Both the position numbers and the translations under genes were made by a program. A stretch of 63,546 nt of DNA from an uncultured Dehalococcoidia bacterium (GTDB taxonomy: Bacteria; Chloroflexota; Dehalococcoidia; Lucifugimonadales; UBA3495), in NCBI GenBank assembly GCA_950072105.1, contig CATMOE010000013.1, forward strand, positions 1 through 63,546, given 5' to 3'. Within the stretch, counting starts at the first letter, position 1; each line of letters opens with the position of its first letter. The notes beneath the pieces are model-generated. The model saw nothing but the letters and a program-made list of their open reading frames with translations. It was not told where the DNA came from and did not search any database. This document shows, piece by piece, positions 49,147 to 59,041 of this stretch.

Positions 49147-50145
49147 ATGCTGACCACAGTCGCCGCAGGGCGGGTCTTCGACTACAACTACTGCATCGGC
49201 ATGTACGCGATGAACGGCCAAGGCCTTTGGACCCCTCAGGACTTTGCGTTGGGGTCAGGCGGCATCATGTACATCATCAACCGTGGGGTTGAAGAAGTAG
49301 GCCAGCGCATCTCTAGAATAACCGTCGATCATGAATTCTTGGGCCAATTCGGCGGCTTCGGCGCCGGCGACGGCCAGTTCATCTGGCCCGTTTCCATAGA
49401 CTTGGACCGTGACGAAAATATCTACGCCACCGACGAGCGGCTCAACCGCATTTCGGTCTTCGATAAAGAAGGCAAGTTCTTAAGCAAATGGGGCACTCCC
49501 GGCACCAGCGACGGTGAATTCGCGGGCGCGTCGGGTATTGCCTTTGACGCCGATGACAACCTCTACGTGGTTGATAGCAAGAACCACCGGGTCCAGCTAT
49601 TCAGCAAGGATGGCAAGTTCATCTCCAATTGGGGAAGTCAGGGCAGCGCTCAAGGCGAACTCGAGACCCCCTGGGGTATCTGCGTGGACAATAATGGCGA
49701 CGTCTACGTGGCCGATTGGGGCAACAACCGGGTGCAAAAATTCTCCCCCGACGGCAAGTTCCTGGTCCAATTCGGGAGCGCCGACGCCAAGGCGGGAGAC
49801 CTGGACCACCCCTCGGGAGTCGCTGTAGACTCGGAAGGCGACGTTTACATCACCGACTGGTCCAACCACCGCGTCCAGGTCTATGGCCCTGACGGCAAAT
49901 TCGTCACTACCCTAGTCGGCGACGCTCAAACTCCGTCCCCGTGGACCCAAACTTATATCGACGCCAACCCGGACATCATCAAGGCGCGCCGCCGGGCCGA
50001 CATGGAGCCCGAATGGCGCTTCCGCCGTCCGGTAGCCGTGAACGTTGACGCTAACGACCGCATCTTCGTCCTAGAAGCAGCCCGCCACCGGCTACAGATC
50101 TACAACAAGGTAAAGGACTACGAGGAACACTCCATAAACCTTTAA
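49147..50145 (+). CDS. NHL-repeat six-bladed beta-propeller protein
   Basis: Repeats P.GIAVD..G.VYV.DW.N.RVQ.F..DG.F. Confidence 0.92.
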   Translation: MLTTVAAGRVFDYNYCIGMYAMNGQGLWTPQDFALGSGGIMYIINRGVEEVGQRISRITVDHEFLGQFGGFGAGDGQFIWPVSIDLDRDENIYATDERLNRISVFDKEGKFLSKWGTPGTSDGEFAGASGIAFDADDNLYVVDSKNHRVQLFSKDGKFISNWGSQGSAQGELETPWGICVDNNGDVYVADWGNNRVQKFSPDGKFLVQFGSADAKAGDLDHPSGVAVDSEGDVYITDWSNHRVQVYGPDGKFVTTLVGDAQTPSPWTQTYIDANPDIIKARRRADMEPEWRFRRPVAVNVDANDRIFVLEAARHRLQIYNKVKDYEEHSINL

Positions 50146-50187
50146 GCCGGTGCTAGCCACTATTGGCAACGATGACCCAGAACAACC

Positions 50188-50216
50188 GTAGGGGCAGGTT
50201 TTAAACCTGCCCCTAC
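50188..50216. repeat. GTAG-type REP palindrome, family C
   Basis: GTAGGGGCAGGTTTTAAACCTGCCCCTAC; second copy at 58976-59004. Confidence 0.85.
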
Positions 50217-50264
50217 ATTGCGATTAGCATCCACACACGAAAGCCCACGATCGCCAACACCTAA

Positions 50265-50786
50265 CTAGGGCACATGCACCGTTAGCTCGCAGGTTCTGCT
50301 GGCCGAGTCCCCATCTCCCTCTTGTCCGTCGCAGAAGTCATTGCCAGACGCGCCGAAGAGTGGGTCATCCCCCTTGCCGCCATAGAGAAGGTCGTCTCCA
50401 GCGCCTCCGAACAAAGTATCGTTGCCGTCACCGCCCCGGAGCAAGTCTTTTCCCGGCCCGGCAAACAGACCGTCTTTACCTTCGTCTCCGATCAGAATAT
50501 CGTCCCCAGCCCGGCTGAAGATCCAGTCGTTGCCCTCACCGGCCATGATGATATCGTTCCCGTGCCCACCGATGAGAAAGTCGTCGCCAGCCAGGCCCAC
50601 GATAGTAACTCCGACCCTGGACTCGCTGCAATCGATCACATCCGGTCCCATGGTCCCCACCACTCCCCGGCCAACTTGTCTGGCATGTCCGGTACAGAGA
50701 ATCTGGGCATACGCCACATCCGCTTCTCCGGGAGACACCAGGGCAGTAACCGCGGCCAGGATAGCCACTAGCGCCATTTTTTTCAT
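50265..50786 (-). CDS. Secreted calcium-binding protein with hemolysin-type GGxGxD repeats
   Basis: Signal peptide MKKMALVAILAA; repeated GG.G.D.L. Confidence 0.85.
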   Translation of the reverse strand: MKKMALVAILAAVTALVSPGEADVAYAQILCTGHARQVGRGVVGTMGPDVIDCSESRVGVTIVGLAGDDFLIGGHGNDIIMAGEGNDWIFSRAGDDILIGDEGKDGLFAGPGKDLLRGGDGNDTLFGGAGDDLLYGGKGDDPLFGASGNDFCDGQEGDGDSASRTCELTVHVP

Positions 50787-51007
50787 GTTTGTCTCCGTCT
50801 CCAGCTCCCACTGGGAAATTCGGGACATGAGCCGATAATGATGCCAACAGTATAAAGAACCAGGAGCAAGTTGGCGATTCTGACAGCCGGAGGAGAAGTT
50901 TTAGGCAGGCAGGAACCGGTGTCGGGCGTGGTAGAATTGAGCGCCATCCACCATCAGGCGCTTGGGCAGACAAATTGGATTCCGAAGAGTGGAAATGGGA
51001 GGTTAAC

Positions 51008-52609
51008 ATGCCGAGTTCTACCGCTCACGCGGACACGATAATTCGAAACGCCAACATCATAACCATCGACCCTGACCGGCCGCAGGCGCAATCCCTGGCC
51101 ATGCGCCACGGCAGGTTCATCGCCGTAGGAAGCAACGACGACGTTGCCGGGCTGGAAGGCCCCGGAACCAAGATATTGGATCTCAGCGGCAAAACGGTGC
51201 TGCCCGGTTTCATCGACGCCCACATCCACGTCCTGAGCAGCGGCATCCGCCACGTTATGGCCGCGGACTGCTCCCTCCCTTCCATATCGGCCATCAAGGA
51301 CGCCATGCGCCAACAGATCGAGCTGACCAAGTCCGGCGAGTGGGTGCAGGGGTTCAAGTTCGACGATACCAAAACCGAAGAGAACCGCTTCCTCACCAGG
51401 CAAGATCTGGATGAAGTCAGCACCGAACTGCCCATTCTGGTATCCCACCGGGCCGGCCACGTCTACTACTTGAACAGCAAGGCATTAGAAACGGCCGGTT
51501 TCACCCGGGACACGCCGGACCCTGTAGGGGGCCGCTTCGGACGTGACCCGTCGTCGGGTGAGCTGGATGGAGTGGTCTACGAAAGGGCCATCGAGCCGGT
51601 GCGCTACAACCACCTGCCCACCGTAACGCCCGAAGACCGCCGCCGGGGCCTGCAACGCATCTGCCAGATGCTGACTCCGGTTGGGCTGACCAGCGTTCAC
51701 GACGCCAGAGTAACCAACGACGAGATGTTGACCTACCAAGAGGGACGAGACAACGGCGATTTGACGTTGCGGGCCTACATATTGATGGCCCATGATCACT
51801 TTCCCGCGTTAAGAGACGCGGGGCTGAAGACCGGCTTCGGCGACGACCGGCTAAGGTTAGGCGGCATCAAGATGGTGGCCGACGGGGCCATCGCCTCCCG
51901 CACCGCCTATCTATCCGAGCCTTACGAAGGCTCCCCTTGCGACCATGGCATCCTGGCAATCCCGCCAGACGAGATCGAAAGGCAGGTGATGGAGATCCAC
52001 AAAGCCGGGTTCCAAGTCTGCATACATGCCAACGGTGACCTGACCATCGACATGGTATTGTCAGCCTACGAAAAAGCTCAGGCCGCCTACCCCCGACCGG
52101 ACCCCAGGCACCGCGTCGAGCATTGCACCCTGGTCAACACCGATCTCCTCAACCGAATGAAAGCCCTGGGGGCCGTGGCAACCCCCTTCTGCACCTACGT
52201 CTATTACCACGGTGAGAAGATGAAATTCTACGGGGAAGAGCGGCTGTCATGGATGTTCGCCCAGCGCTCGTTCCTAGACCACGGCGTCGTCGCCACCGGC
52301 GCTACCGACTACCCGCCCGGCCCCTTCGAACCCCTCCTGGGCATCCAGAGTTGCGTAACCAGGATTGACAGCACGGGCAAGATTTGGGGCGCCAACCAGC
52401 GGGTAACCGTGGAAGAGGCGCTGAAGATCTACACGATCAACGGAGCCTACGCCTCGTTCGAAGAGAACACAAAAGGCTCCATCGAACCAGGCAAGCTGGC
52501 CGACCTGGTAGTGCTGGGAGCCGACCCAACCAAAGTAGACCCGGAAACCATCAAGGACATCCCGGTAGAGATGACTATTGTTGGAGGGAAGGCGGTGTAC
52601 GGGGGGTGA
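51008..52609 (+). CDS. Amidohydrolase 3 family (YtcJ-like)
   Basis: PGFIDAHIH, K..ADG, HANGD, R.EH and GSIEPGKLADLVVL. Confidence 0.93.
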   Translation: MPSSTAHADTIIRNANIITIDPDRPQAQSLAMRHGRFIAVGSNDDVAGLEGPGTKILDLSGKTVLPGFIDAHIHVLSSGIRHVMAADCSLPSISAIKDAMRQQIELTKSGEWVQGFKFDDTKTEENRFLTRQDLDEVSTELPILVSHRAGHVYYLNSKALETAGFTRDTPDPVGGRFGRDPSSGELDGVVYERAIEPVRYNHLPTVTPEDRRRGLQRICQMLTPVGLTSVHDARVTNDEMLTYQEGRDNGDLTLRAYILMAHDHFPALRDAGLKTGFGDDRLRLGGIKMVADGAIASRTAYLSEPYEGSPCDHGILAIPPDEIERQVMEIHKAGFQVCIHANGDLTIDMVLSAYEKAQAAYPRPDPRHRVEHCTLVNTDLLNRMKALGAVATPFCTYVYYHGEKMKFYGEERLSWMFAQRSFLDHGVVATGATDYPPGPFEPLLGIQSCVTRIDSTGKIWGANQRVTVEEALKIYTINGAYASFEENTKGSIEPGKLADLVVLGADPTKVDPETIKDIPVEMTIVGGKAVYGG

Positions 52610-52628
52610 GCCTGAAATCATCCTCATG

Positions 52629-52658
52629 TTGACACCATCCCAGAGAACCCTTTAATCT
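52629..52658 (+). promoter_or_regulatory. Putative sigma70 promoter of the Grx-DinB selenoprotein gene
   Basis: TTGACA-18 bp-TAATCT, followed by AAGGAG RBS and ATG 52687. Confidence 0.5.
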
Positions 52659-52686
52659 ACCTCGGTAACTAGCCAAGGAGAGAGCC

Positions 52687-53448
52687 ATGGATGTTCATGT
52701 TTATACCAACCCTGGTTGATTCAGCTGCCGGACGGTAGAAGAGTTTCTGTCGTCTAACGGTGTTCAGTATGAGCACCACGACCTAGCCACCGACCAAGCA
52801 GCCGTAGAGTACCTGAGAAACCGCGACATCAAGTCGGTGCCGGTCACCATCATCGACGATGCCGAAGTCATCATCGGCTATTACCCCAAAAAGCTGATCC
52901 CGGCCTTGAATCTGAACGTCAAGATTGACCTGTCCAGCAAGACCAGTTGGCTGGCGGAAAAATACGACATCGTGCTTAACGGCGCAATTCGGGCCACCCA
53001 GCAGCTTACCGACAGTCAATTACAACAAGAAGTACCCTGGCGTCCCTGGAGCGTGCGGGATTGCATCGTGCACATCATCTCCTTCCCGGAGCTTGCCTGG
53101 CTCAGCCACAAGCAGGGCAGCATGAGCACTGATGACATGGCGGCCTCCAATGTGCGTATCAAGGACGTCGCCACCGTTGAAACCATCACCCAATATGGCA
53201 ACCAGGTCTTGGCCAACATCGATGGATTCCTGAAGAGCGGCGACACTGCCTCCTTCGACCGGGTGGTGCCCGCCCACTATGGCGGGGAGGTTACGGTTAG
53301 CGAATTGTTGAATATTATCCTCAGCCACAGCACCCACCATCTGAAACAGATGTACTGGCATATGGAGGAGGGCCTGGGGATCACGCCCCTAAACCCGGTT
53401 ACCGAGGCAGACACGGAGGGCATCGTAACCCCCACCGCTTTGATCTAA
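52687..53448 (+). CDS. Selenoprotein: glutaredoxin/NrdH-like domain (UxxC) fused to a DinB-superfamily domain; TGA 52717-52719 read as Sec
   Basis: MDVHVYTNPG-U-FSCRTVEEFLSSNGVQYEHHDL...KSVPVTII...IIGY is in frame with ORF 52837. DinB His motifs WSVRDCIVH and HSTHH are present, and a SECIS-like hairpin follows. Confidence 0.85.
52730..52755 (+). promoter_or_regulatory. Bacterial SECIS-like hairpin
   Basis: GGACGGTAGAA-GAGT-TTCTGTCGTCT: 11-bp stem (with G-U pairs) and a G-initiated 4-nt loop 21 nt after the UGA. Confidence 0.65.
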
Positions 53449-53689
53449 CGGTTTCCGGTAAATTACCAAGATTGCAGACGTGCAGAGAGTCCAGCCGTCA
53501 CCCCGATGGAAATCGGGGTCCAGAAACTTAGCTTGTGGACACGTTTCCTGGATTCCGGTCTTCATCAGAACGACGAAATGTTGGCTGACGGTCCACTGGC
53601 AGGTCAACAAGATGGCCAGATATGGCGGCGGGCTCAGGGAGAGCAGCCATTCGCCGTTGGGATTAACAATCTAACTGGGAGAACGAGCT

Positions 53690-55237
53690 ATGAAATATGA
53701 CGTGATAATTATTGGCGCAGGGTCGGCGGGGTCCATATTGGCCACACGCTTGACCGAGGACCCCAACCGCTCGGTGTTGCTGTTGGAAGCGGGCAAAGAC
53801 TACCCCAACTTCGATGACCTGCCTGACGAAGTGAAATTCGGCTACGCCACCGAGGCGGACGTCATGACCAGCGACCACAACTGGCAATTCATCGGCAAGG
53901 CTACGGACCAGGCTGGGCCGATGATGGTGCCTCGTGGCAAGGTCACCGGCGGCTCCAGCGCCATAAACGGTCAGGTCTTCTTGCGGGGAGTGCCCGAGGA
54001 CTACGACTCTTGGGCTTCGGAGGGCAACGATCAGTGGAACTTTCAGAAGCTGATCCCCTATTTCAACAGAGTAGAAACGGACCCCGATTTTCCGGGCGAC
54101 TTTCACGGCAGCGAAGGCCCCATAATCATGCACCGCTTCAAGCGGGAAACCTGGCTGCCCGCCCAGACCGCGTTCTACGAAGCCTGCATCGACGCCGGAT
54201 ATCAGGATTGCCCAGACCATAACAGTCCTGACTCCGAGGGGGTCGGCCCCACTCCCCTAAACAATCCCGGCGGCATCCGTATCAGTACCGCCATGGGCTA
54301 CTTGGACCAGTCAAGACACCGTTTGAACCTGACGATTAGGCCTGAGTGCCTGGTTCACCGTGTCCTGTTTGAGGGAAACCGGGCGACCGGGGTGGAACTG
54401 GAGAGCGGCGGCGAGACCTTTGTCGTCGAGGGCGACGAGATAATCTTGAGCTCCGGGGCCATCGGCTCGCCCCAGATATTGATGCTCTCCGGGGTCGGCC
54501 CGGCCGATCACCTGGGTAGCCTGGGCATACCAGTGGTTAAAGACGCTCCGGGTGTGGGGCAAAACCTAAGAGACCATCCGGCGGTGTGGATCACTTGGCG
54601 AACTAAGGAAGGTTTCCCTCTGGACGGCCTAGCCCCCAGGATGCAGTTGACCCTTCGTTACACGGCCGGAGACTCGGACCTGCGTAACGATATGAAGATA
54701 TCCATGCAGTCCTTCGCCACCCAGCCCGTCAACCAGGGCGGCGACCGCATGGAGCCCCTGGGCATACGCATGACTACCGGCATCTACCTGGCCGCCGGGG
54801 CCGGTGAACTGAAATTAGCCTCGGCGGATCCCGCAGCCCAACCGGTCCTGGACTACAACTACTTGAAAGAGGAGTCCGACGTCCGACGGTTGCGGGAGTC
54901 GGTGCGGATCTGCGTTGATCTGGGCGAGCACGAATCCTTCAAAGACATCATCCAGGAGCGAATCTCCCCAACCGACGCCGAACTGGCATCCGACGAAGCC
55001 TTGGACCAGTGGATATCTCGTGTGGTAACCACCTCTCAGCACATCTCATGCACCTGCAAGATGGGCCCGTCGTCAGACCCGATGGCGGTGGTGGACCAGT
55101 ACGGCAAGGTGCACGGCCTAGAAGGACTGCGTGTCGTAGACGCGTCCATCATGCCCGACTGCATCCGTGCCAACACCAACGTCACCACCATGATGATCGG
55201 CGAGCGGGTCAGCGACTTCATCAAGGACGGCAAGTAG
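53690..55237 (+). CDS. GMC family oxidoreductase (choline dehydrogenase-like)
   Basis: GAGSAG, RGKV.GGSSAING, SGVG and H..CTCKMG...VVDASIMP....NTN. Confidence 0.93.
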   Translation: MKYDVIIIGAGSAGSILATRLTEDPNRSVLLLEAGKDYPNFDDLPDEVKFGYATEADVMTSDHNWQFIGKATDQAGPMMVPRGKVTGGSSAINGQVFLRGVPEDYDSWASEGNDQWNFQKLIPYFNRVETDPDFPGDFHGSEGPIIMHRFKRETWLPAQTAFYEACIDAGYQDCPDHNSPDSEGVGPTPLNNPGGIRISTAMGYLDQSRHRLNLTIRPECLVHRVLFEGNRATGVELESGGETFVVEGDEIILSSGAIGSPQILMLSGVGPADHLGSLGIPVVKDAPGVGQNLRDHPAVWITWRTKEGFPLDGLAPRMQLTLRYTAGDSDLRNDMKISMQSFATQPVNQGGDRMEPLGIRMTTGIYLAAGAGELKLASADPAAQPVLDYNYLKEESDVRRLRESVRICVDLGEHESFKDIIQERISPTDAELASDEALDQWISRVVTTSQHISCTCKMGPSSDPMAVVDQYGKVHGLEGLRVVDASIMPDCIRANTNVTTMMIGERVSDFIKDGK

Positions 55238-55431
55238 ACACCGGATACACCAACGCCCCTCTTGTAAACAGCCACGGCAAAGCCCCCCTTTCGTAAAGGG
55301 GGGTTGGGGGGATTTCGGCCCCTCACCCCGGGCCAAGAAAGTCAGGGAATCGTGCTCTCGCAGAGAAACGACCTCCCCTAAGTCCCCTCCTTCGTAAGGA
55401 GGGGACTTGCCAATCCCACCCTTGCCAGCCC

Positions 55432-56385
55432 TTAGAACCAGTTAGCCTTGTCCACCACGTTCCGCAACTGCCGCCCCTCGTTGAACCGGACACAGTTGTC
55501 GATGAAGAGATCGGTGCGGCGTTCCTGCAGGTAGGGGCCGTCGCCCGCTACGTGGGGCGTTATCAGCACGCCCGGTATGGACCAAAGGGGATGGGTGGCC
55601 GGTAAAGGCTCCGTTTGGAACACGTCCAATCCGGCTCCGGCAATCTCACCGGCCCGTAAGGCGTCCACTAGATCGTCTAACTCCACTGTCGCGCCCCGTC
55701 CGATGTTGATAAAGAACGCCTTGTTTTTCATCGCCTTGAACTGGCTTTCGGCAAACATGCCCTGAGTTTCCGGGGTTTCCGGCACGGTCGCGATCACAAA
55801 GTCGCCCTGAGGCAGCGCCGATGCCAAGCCGCCGGGCCGGACCAGTTCGCCCACGCCGGGGGGAGCTTGATCTAGACGGGGGTCGACACCGATCACCCTC
55901 ATCCCAAACTCCGCGCATAATCTGGCCGTCTCGCCTCCTATCCCGCCCACGCCTACGATAACGGCGGTTGCTTCGGGAAGGTAGATGGTGTCGTAGCCTT
56001 GCCGCCAATTCGCCTCGATTTGCTGGGGTATGTACACGTGAAGACCCCGAGCGAAGGCCAGCAGAAAGGACATTATGTGGGCGCTGATATGGTCGTTGTA
56101 GATCTCCCTGGTGTTGGTCAGCACCACTTCACTGGCGATCAACGCCTCGTGATAGTAGCCGGCCCGAGGGCCGGCCTGCGGGCAGGAGATCCATTTGAGG
56201 TTTCCGGCCCGTTCCAGTAATTCAGGCACGATGTCGCCGAAGGCGGCGTCGGCGTCGCCAATCACCTCCATCGCCTCGCCCACGGTGGGACACAGATGTA
56301 CGTCGATGTCCGGGATCGCTTTCCTAAGCTTTTCCGGCCACTCTTCTTGATAGTTGGGCGGGCAAATCACCAGCTTGAACCCCAT
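55432..56385 (-). CDS. D-2-hydroxyacid dehydrogenase family protein
   Basis: GVGGIG, INIGRG, DVF..EPL and TPHVAG. True start is likely MGFKLV at 56385. Confidence 0.92.
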   Translation of the reverse strand: MGFKLVICPPNYQEEWPEKLRKAIPDIDVHLCPTVGEAMEVIGDADAAFGDIVPELLERAGNLKWISCPQAGPRAGYYHEALIASEVVLTNTREIYNDHISAHIMSFLLAFARGLHVYIPQQIEANWRQGYDTIYLPEATAVIVGVGGIGGETARLCAEFGMRVIGVDPRLDQAPPGVGELVRPGGLASALPQGDFVIATVPETPETQGMFAESQFKAMKNKAFFINIGRGATVELDDLVDALRAGEIAGAGLDVFQTEPLPATHPLWSIPGVLITPHVAGDGPYLQERRTDLFIDNCVRFNEGRQLRNVVDKANWF

Positions 56386-56592
56386 TGCGTACCCCCGTTT
56401 GCGTCCGAATTTTTGGTCAGTGTAGGTGTTGGCGGCGAGGCGGTCAACGGAGCGATTAAGGGTGGTGGCGGCGTTGACAGGGATTGGAGCCCCCTTTACA
56501 CTCCGAACTAACGCACTTGGCCAGTAGCATTCGGTTCTGTCTCCACCAGTTAGACTCCACGCGGCAGCGCCCCATGGGTAGGAGGAACCACA

Positions 56593-58020
56593 TTGCAAGA
56601 CCGGTTTGGACTTCCGATCAGCACCAACTCAACAGTGGCGGCCGAAGCCTGCATGGAAGGTATCGACCTGCTGCTCTCCCAAAATTTTGGGCCTGAAGAA
56701 AAATTCCAACAGGCCATAGACGCTGACGAAGGCTTCGCCCTGCCCCATGCCGGGCTTGCTTGGGTGTCGATGATGCGCGGCGTAGCGTCAGAGGCCAAAG
56801 AAAACGTAGGGCGTGCCCAGGCTTTGGCGTCAGGTATGTCCGACCGGGAAAAGCGCCAGATCGAGGCTCTCTCCCTTTGGATCAACAATAAAGGTCCTCA
56901 ATCTCTGGCCTTATTACGAGAGCACCTTAACGACTATCCTCGAGACACCTTTATGCTTAGGCTGGCCCAACGACTGTTTATGCAGGGTTGCCACAGCGCC
57001 GGTGTCCCTAACTTCCCTGAAGAGCTATTCGCTCTATGCCAAAGTCTAGAGAAACATTGCAGCGACGACTGGGCTTTCCTGGGAAGCTACGCTTTCGCCC
57101 ATCACGAGACTGGCCGGTTGGAGGAAGCCTATCGCCTGGCGCAGAAGTCGCTGGAGATGCGCCCCACCAACGCGGTGGCGTCCCATTCGGTAACCCACGT
57201 ATTCTTCGAGCAGGGTGATGCCGTCTCGGGCGGCGATTTCTTGAGCAACTGGCTGGAGGGTTTCGACAAGCGGGCCGCTTACCATGTCCACCTCTCGTGG
57301 CACCTAGCTCTATTCGAGCTGGCAATGGGCGGCTACCAGAAGGCCCTAGACCGGTACGAGACATACATACGGCCATCGGTGGTTGCGAAAAGCGCCGCTT
57401 CCCTGGCCGACAGCGCGTCTCTATTGTGGCGGTTGCAGTTGTACTGCGGCACTCCCCCTCCCAAGCCCTGGGACGAAGTACGCGACCAGGCGATGCCCGC
57501 CGCGGGAAATCCCGGCCCACCTTTCCGGGATGCTCACGCCGCTCTGGCATTCGCCGCCGCCGGCGACCAGGATGCCCTGGGCAAGGCTATCGACGGCCTG
57601 CGGACGATCGCGGATCAGGGCAACGTTTTGGCGAAGGAGATGACCTTGCCATTGGTGCAGGGCATCGCCGCCTTTGCGGAAGGCAACTATGGCACGGCGG
57701 TAACATTGATGGAGTCGCCCATGCGGCAACTAGAGCGCATCGGCGGTAGCCACGCCCAGCGGGAAGTATTTGAGGACACTCTGTTGGAAGCCTATCTTCG
57801 GGCCGAGCAGTTCGACAAGGCCGAAAATATGCTGCGGGAGCGGCTGGGCCGCCGGGCATCGATCAGGGACACGTTCTGGATGGGGCGCGTCCAGGCCAGT
57901 ACCGGGGAGACTGGACCGGCCAGATCCACCCTCCAGGACGCCATCGACGGCTGGAGCGGCGCTGATGACACTTCGCCGGAGTTGGCGAATCTGACCAATC
58001 TAGCCGGGACCCTCAGCTAA
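56593..58020 (+). CDS. TTC38-like tetratricopeptide repeat protein
   Basis: H...HV, HLSWHLAL, DSASLLWRL and GGSHAQRE motifs; GGAGG RBS before the TTG. Confidence 0.85.
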   Translation: MQDRFGLPISTNSTVAAEACMEGIDLLLSQNFGPEEKFQQAIDADEGFALPHAGLAWVSMMRGVASEAKENVGRAQALASGMSDREKRQIEALSLWINNKGPQSLALLREHLNDYPRDTFMLRLAQRLFMQGCHSAGVPNFPEELFALCQSLEKHCSDDWAFLGSYAFAHHETGRLEEAYRLAQKSLEMRPTNAVASHSVTHVFFEQGDAVSGGDFLSNWLEGFDKRAAYHVHLSWHLALFELAMGGYQKALDRYETYIRPSVVAKSAASLADSASLLWRLQLYCGTPPPKPWDEVRDQAMPAAGNPGPPFRDAHAALAFAAAGDQDALGKAIDGLRTIADQGNVLAKEMTLPLVQGIAAFAEGNYGTAVTLMESPMRQLERIGGSHAQREVFEDTLLEAYLRAEQFDKAENMLRERLGRRASIRDTFWMGRVQASTGETGPARSTLQDAIDGWSGADDTSPELANLTNLAGTLS

Positions 58021-58058
58021 GCCGACGGCGATCCCTTTAGCCAAGGAGGCGTTTCATC

Positions 58059-58967
58059 ATGCCGCTACAACCAGATCGAGTCGACTACAGTCCTATCATA
58101 GAGCGCCCTCCCATCAAATGGCCCAATGGCGCCAGGGTAGCACTGTGGATAGCGCCCAACGTGGAGCACTACGAATACGAGCCGGAGTACGATGGACAAA
58201 GGGACCCCTGGCCGCGCATGCCCTACCCCGACGTGCAACAGTACTCTTATCGGGACTACGGCAACCGAGTTGGTTTCTGGCGGATGCTGGAGGTCCTGGA
58301 CAAGCACAACATCCGGTGCTGCGTTTCGCTGAACATGGCGGTGCTTGAACACTACCCCGAGATAAAAGACGCCATGGTCGAAAGGAACTGGGACTTCATG
58401 AGCCACGGCATCTACAACACCCGGTACTTGAATCCCATGTCGGAGGAGCAGGAGCGAGAGTTCTACGTGGACTGCATCGAAACCCTGCGCCGCGAAACCG
58501 GCAAGCAGCTAAAGGGCATGCTAGGCCCGGCAATCTCCGGCACCGAGCGTACCCCAGACCTGATGGCCGAGGCAGGCCTGATCTATCACACCGACTGGAT
58601 GCACGACGACCAGCCGGTGCCCATCAAGGTGAAGTCGGGAAAGCTGATCTCCGTCCCATACTCTATCGAGCTGAATGACGCTCCCCTGTACCGGCAACAC
58701 TACGAGGGAGACTACTTCGCGGAGATCTGCAAAGCCCAGTTCGACCAGCTCTACAAAGAGGGGGCCGAGAGCGGACGGGTCATGTGCATCGCCCTCCATC
58801 CGTTCCTAACCGGCCAACCCCATCGGGTGAAGTACCTGGACGAAGTCTTGGGTTACATCATGTCCCACGAAGGGGTTTGGCAAACCACGGCCGACGACAT
58901 CGCCGATTACTACATCGCGAATAACTACGATGCAGCCGTAACCCACGCGGGGCAATTTAATAAGTAA
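58059..58967 (+). CDS. Polysaccharide deacetylase (CE4) PuuE/allantoinase-like protein
   Basis: WPNGARVA, NVEH, SYRDYGNRVGFWR, SHG, DDQP and LHPF..GQP.R. Confidence 0.9.
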   Translation: MPLQPDRVDYSPIIERPPIKWPNGARVALWIAPNVEHYEYEPEYDGQRDPWPRMPYPDVQQYSYRDYGNRVGFWRMLEVLDKHNIRCCVSLNMAVLEHYPEIKDAMVERNWDFMSHGIYNTRYLNPMSEEQEREFYVDCIETLRRETGKQLKGMLGPAISGTERTPDLMAEAGLIYHTDWMHDDQPVPIKVKSGKLISVPYSIELNDAPLYRQHYEGDYFAEICKAQFDQLYKEGAESGRVMCIALHPFLTGQPHRVKYLDEVLGYIMSHEGVWQTTADDIADYYIANNYDAAVTHAGQFNK

Positions 58968-59041
58968 CCATCCGGGTAGGGCCAGGTTTCAAACCTGCCC
59001 CTACGCCATCATCACCTCGCAAGCCTAGGAGGCTTTTACGA

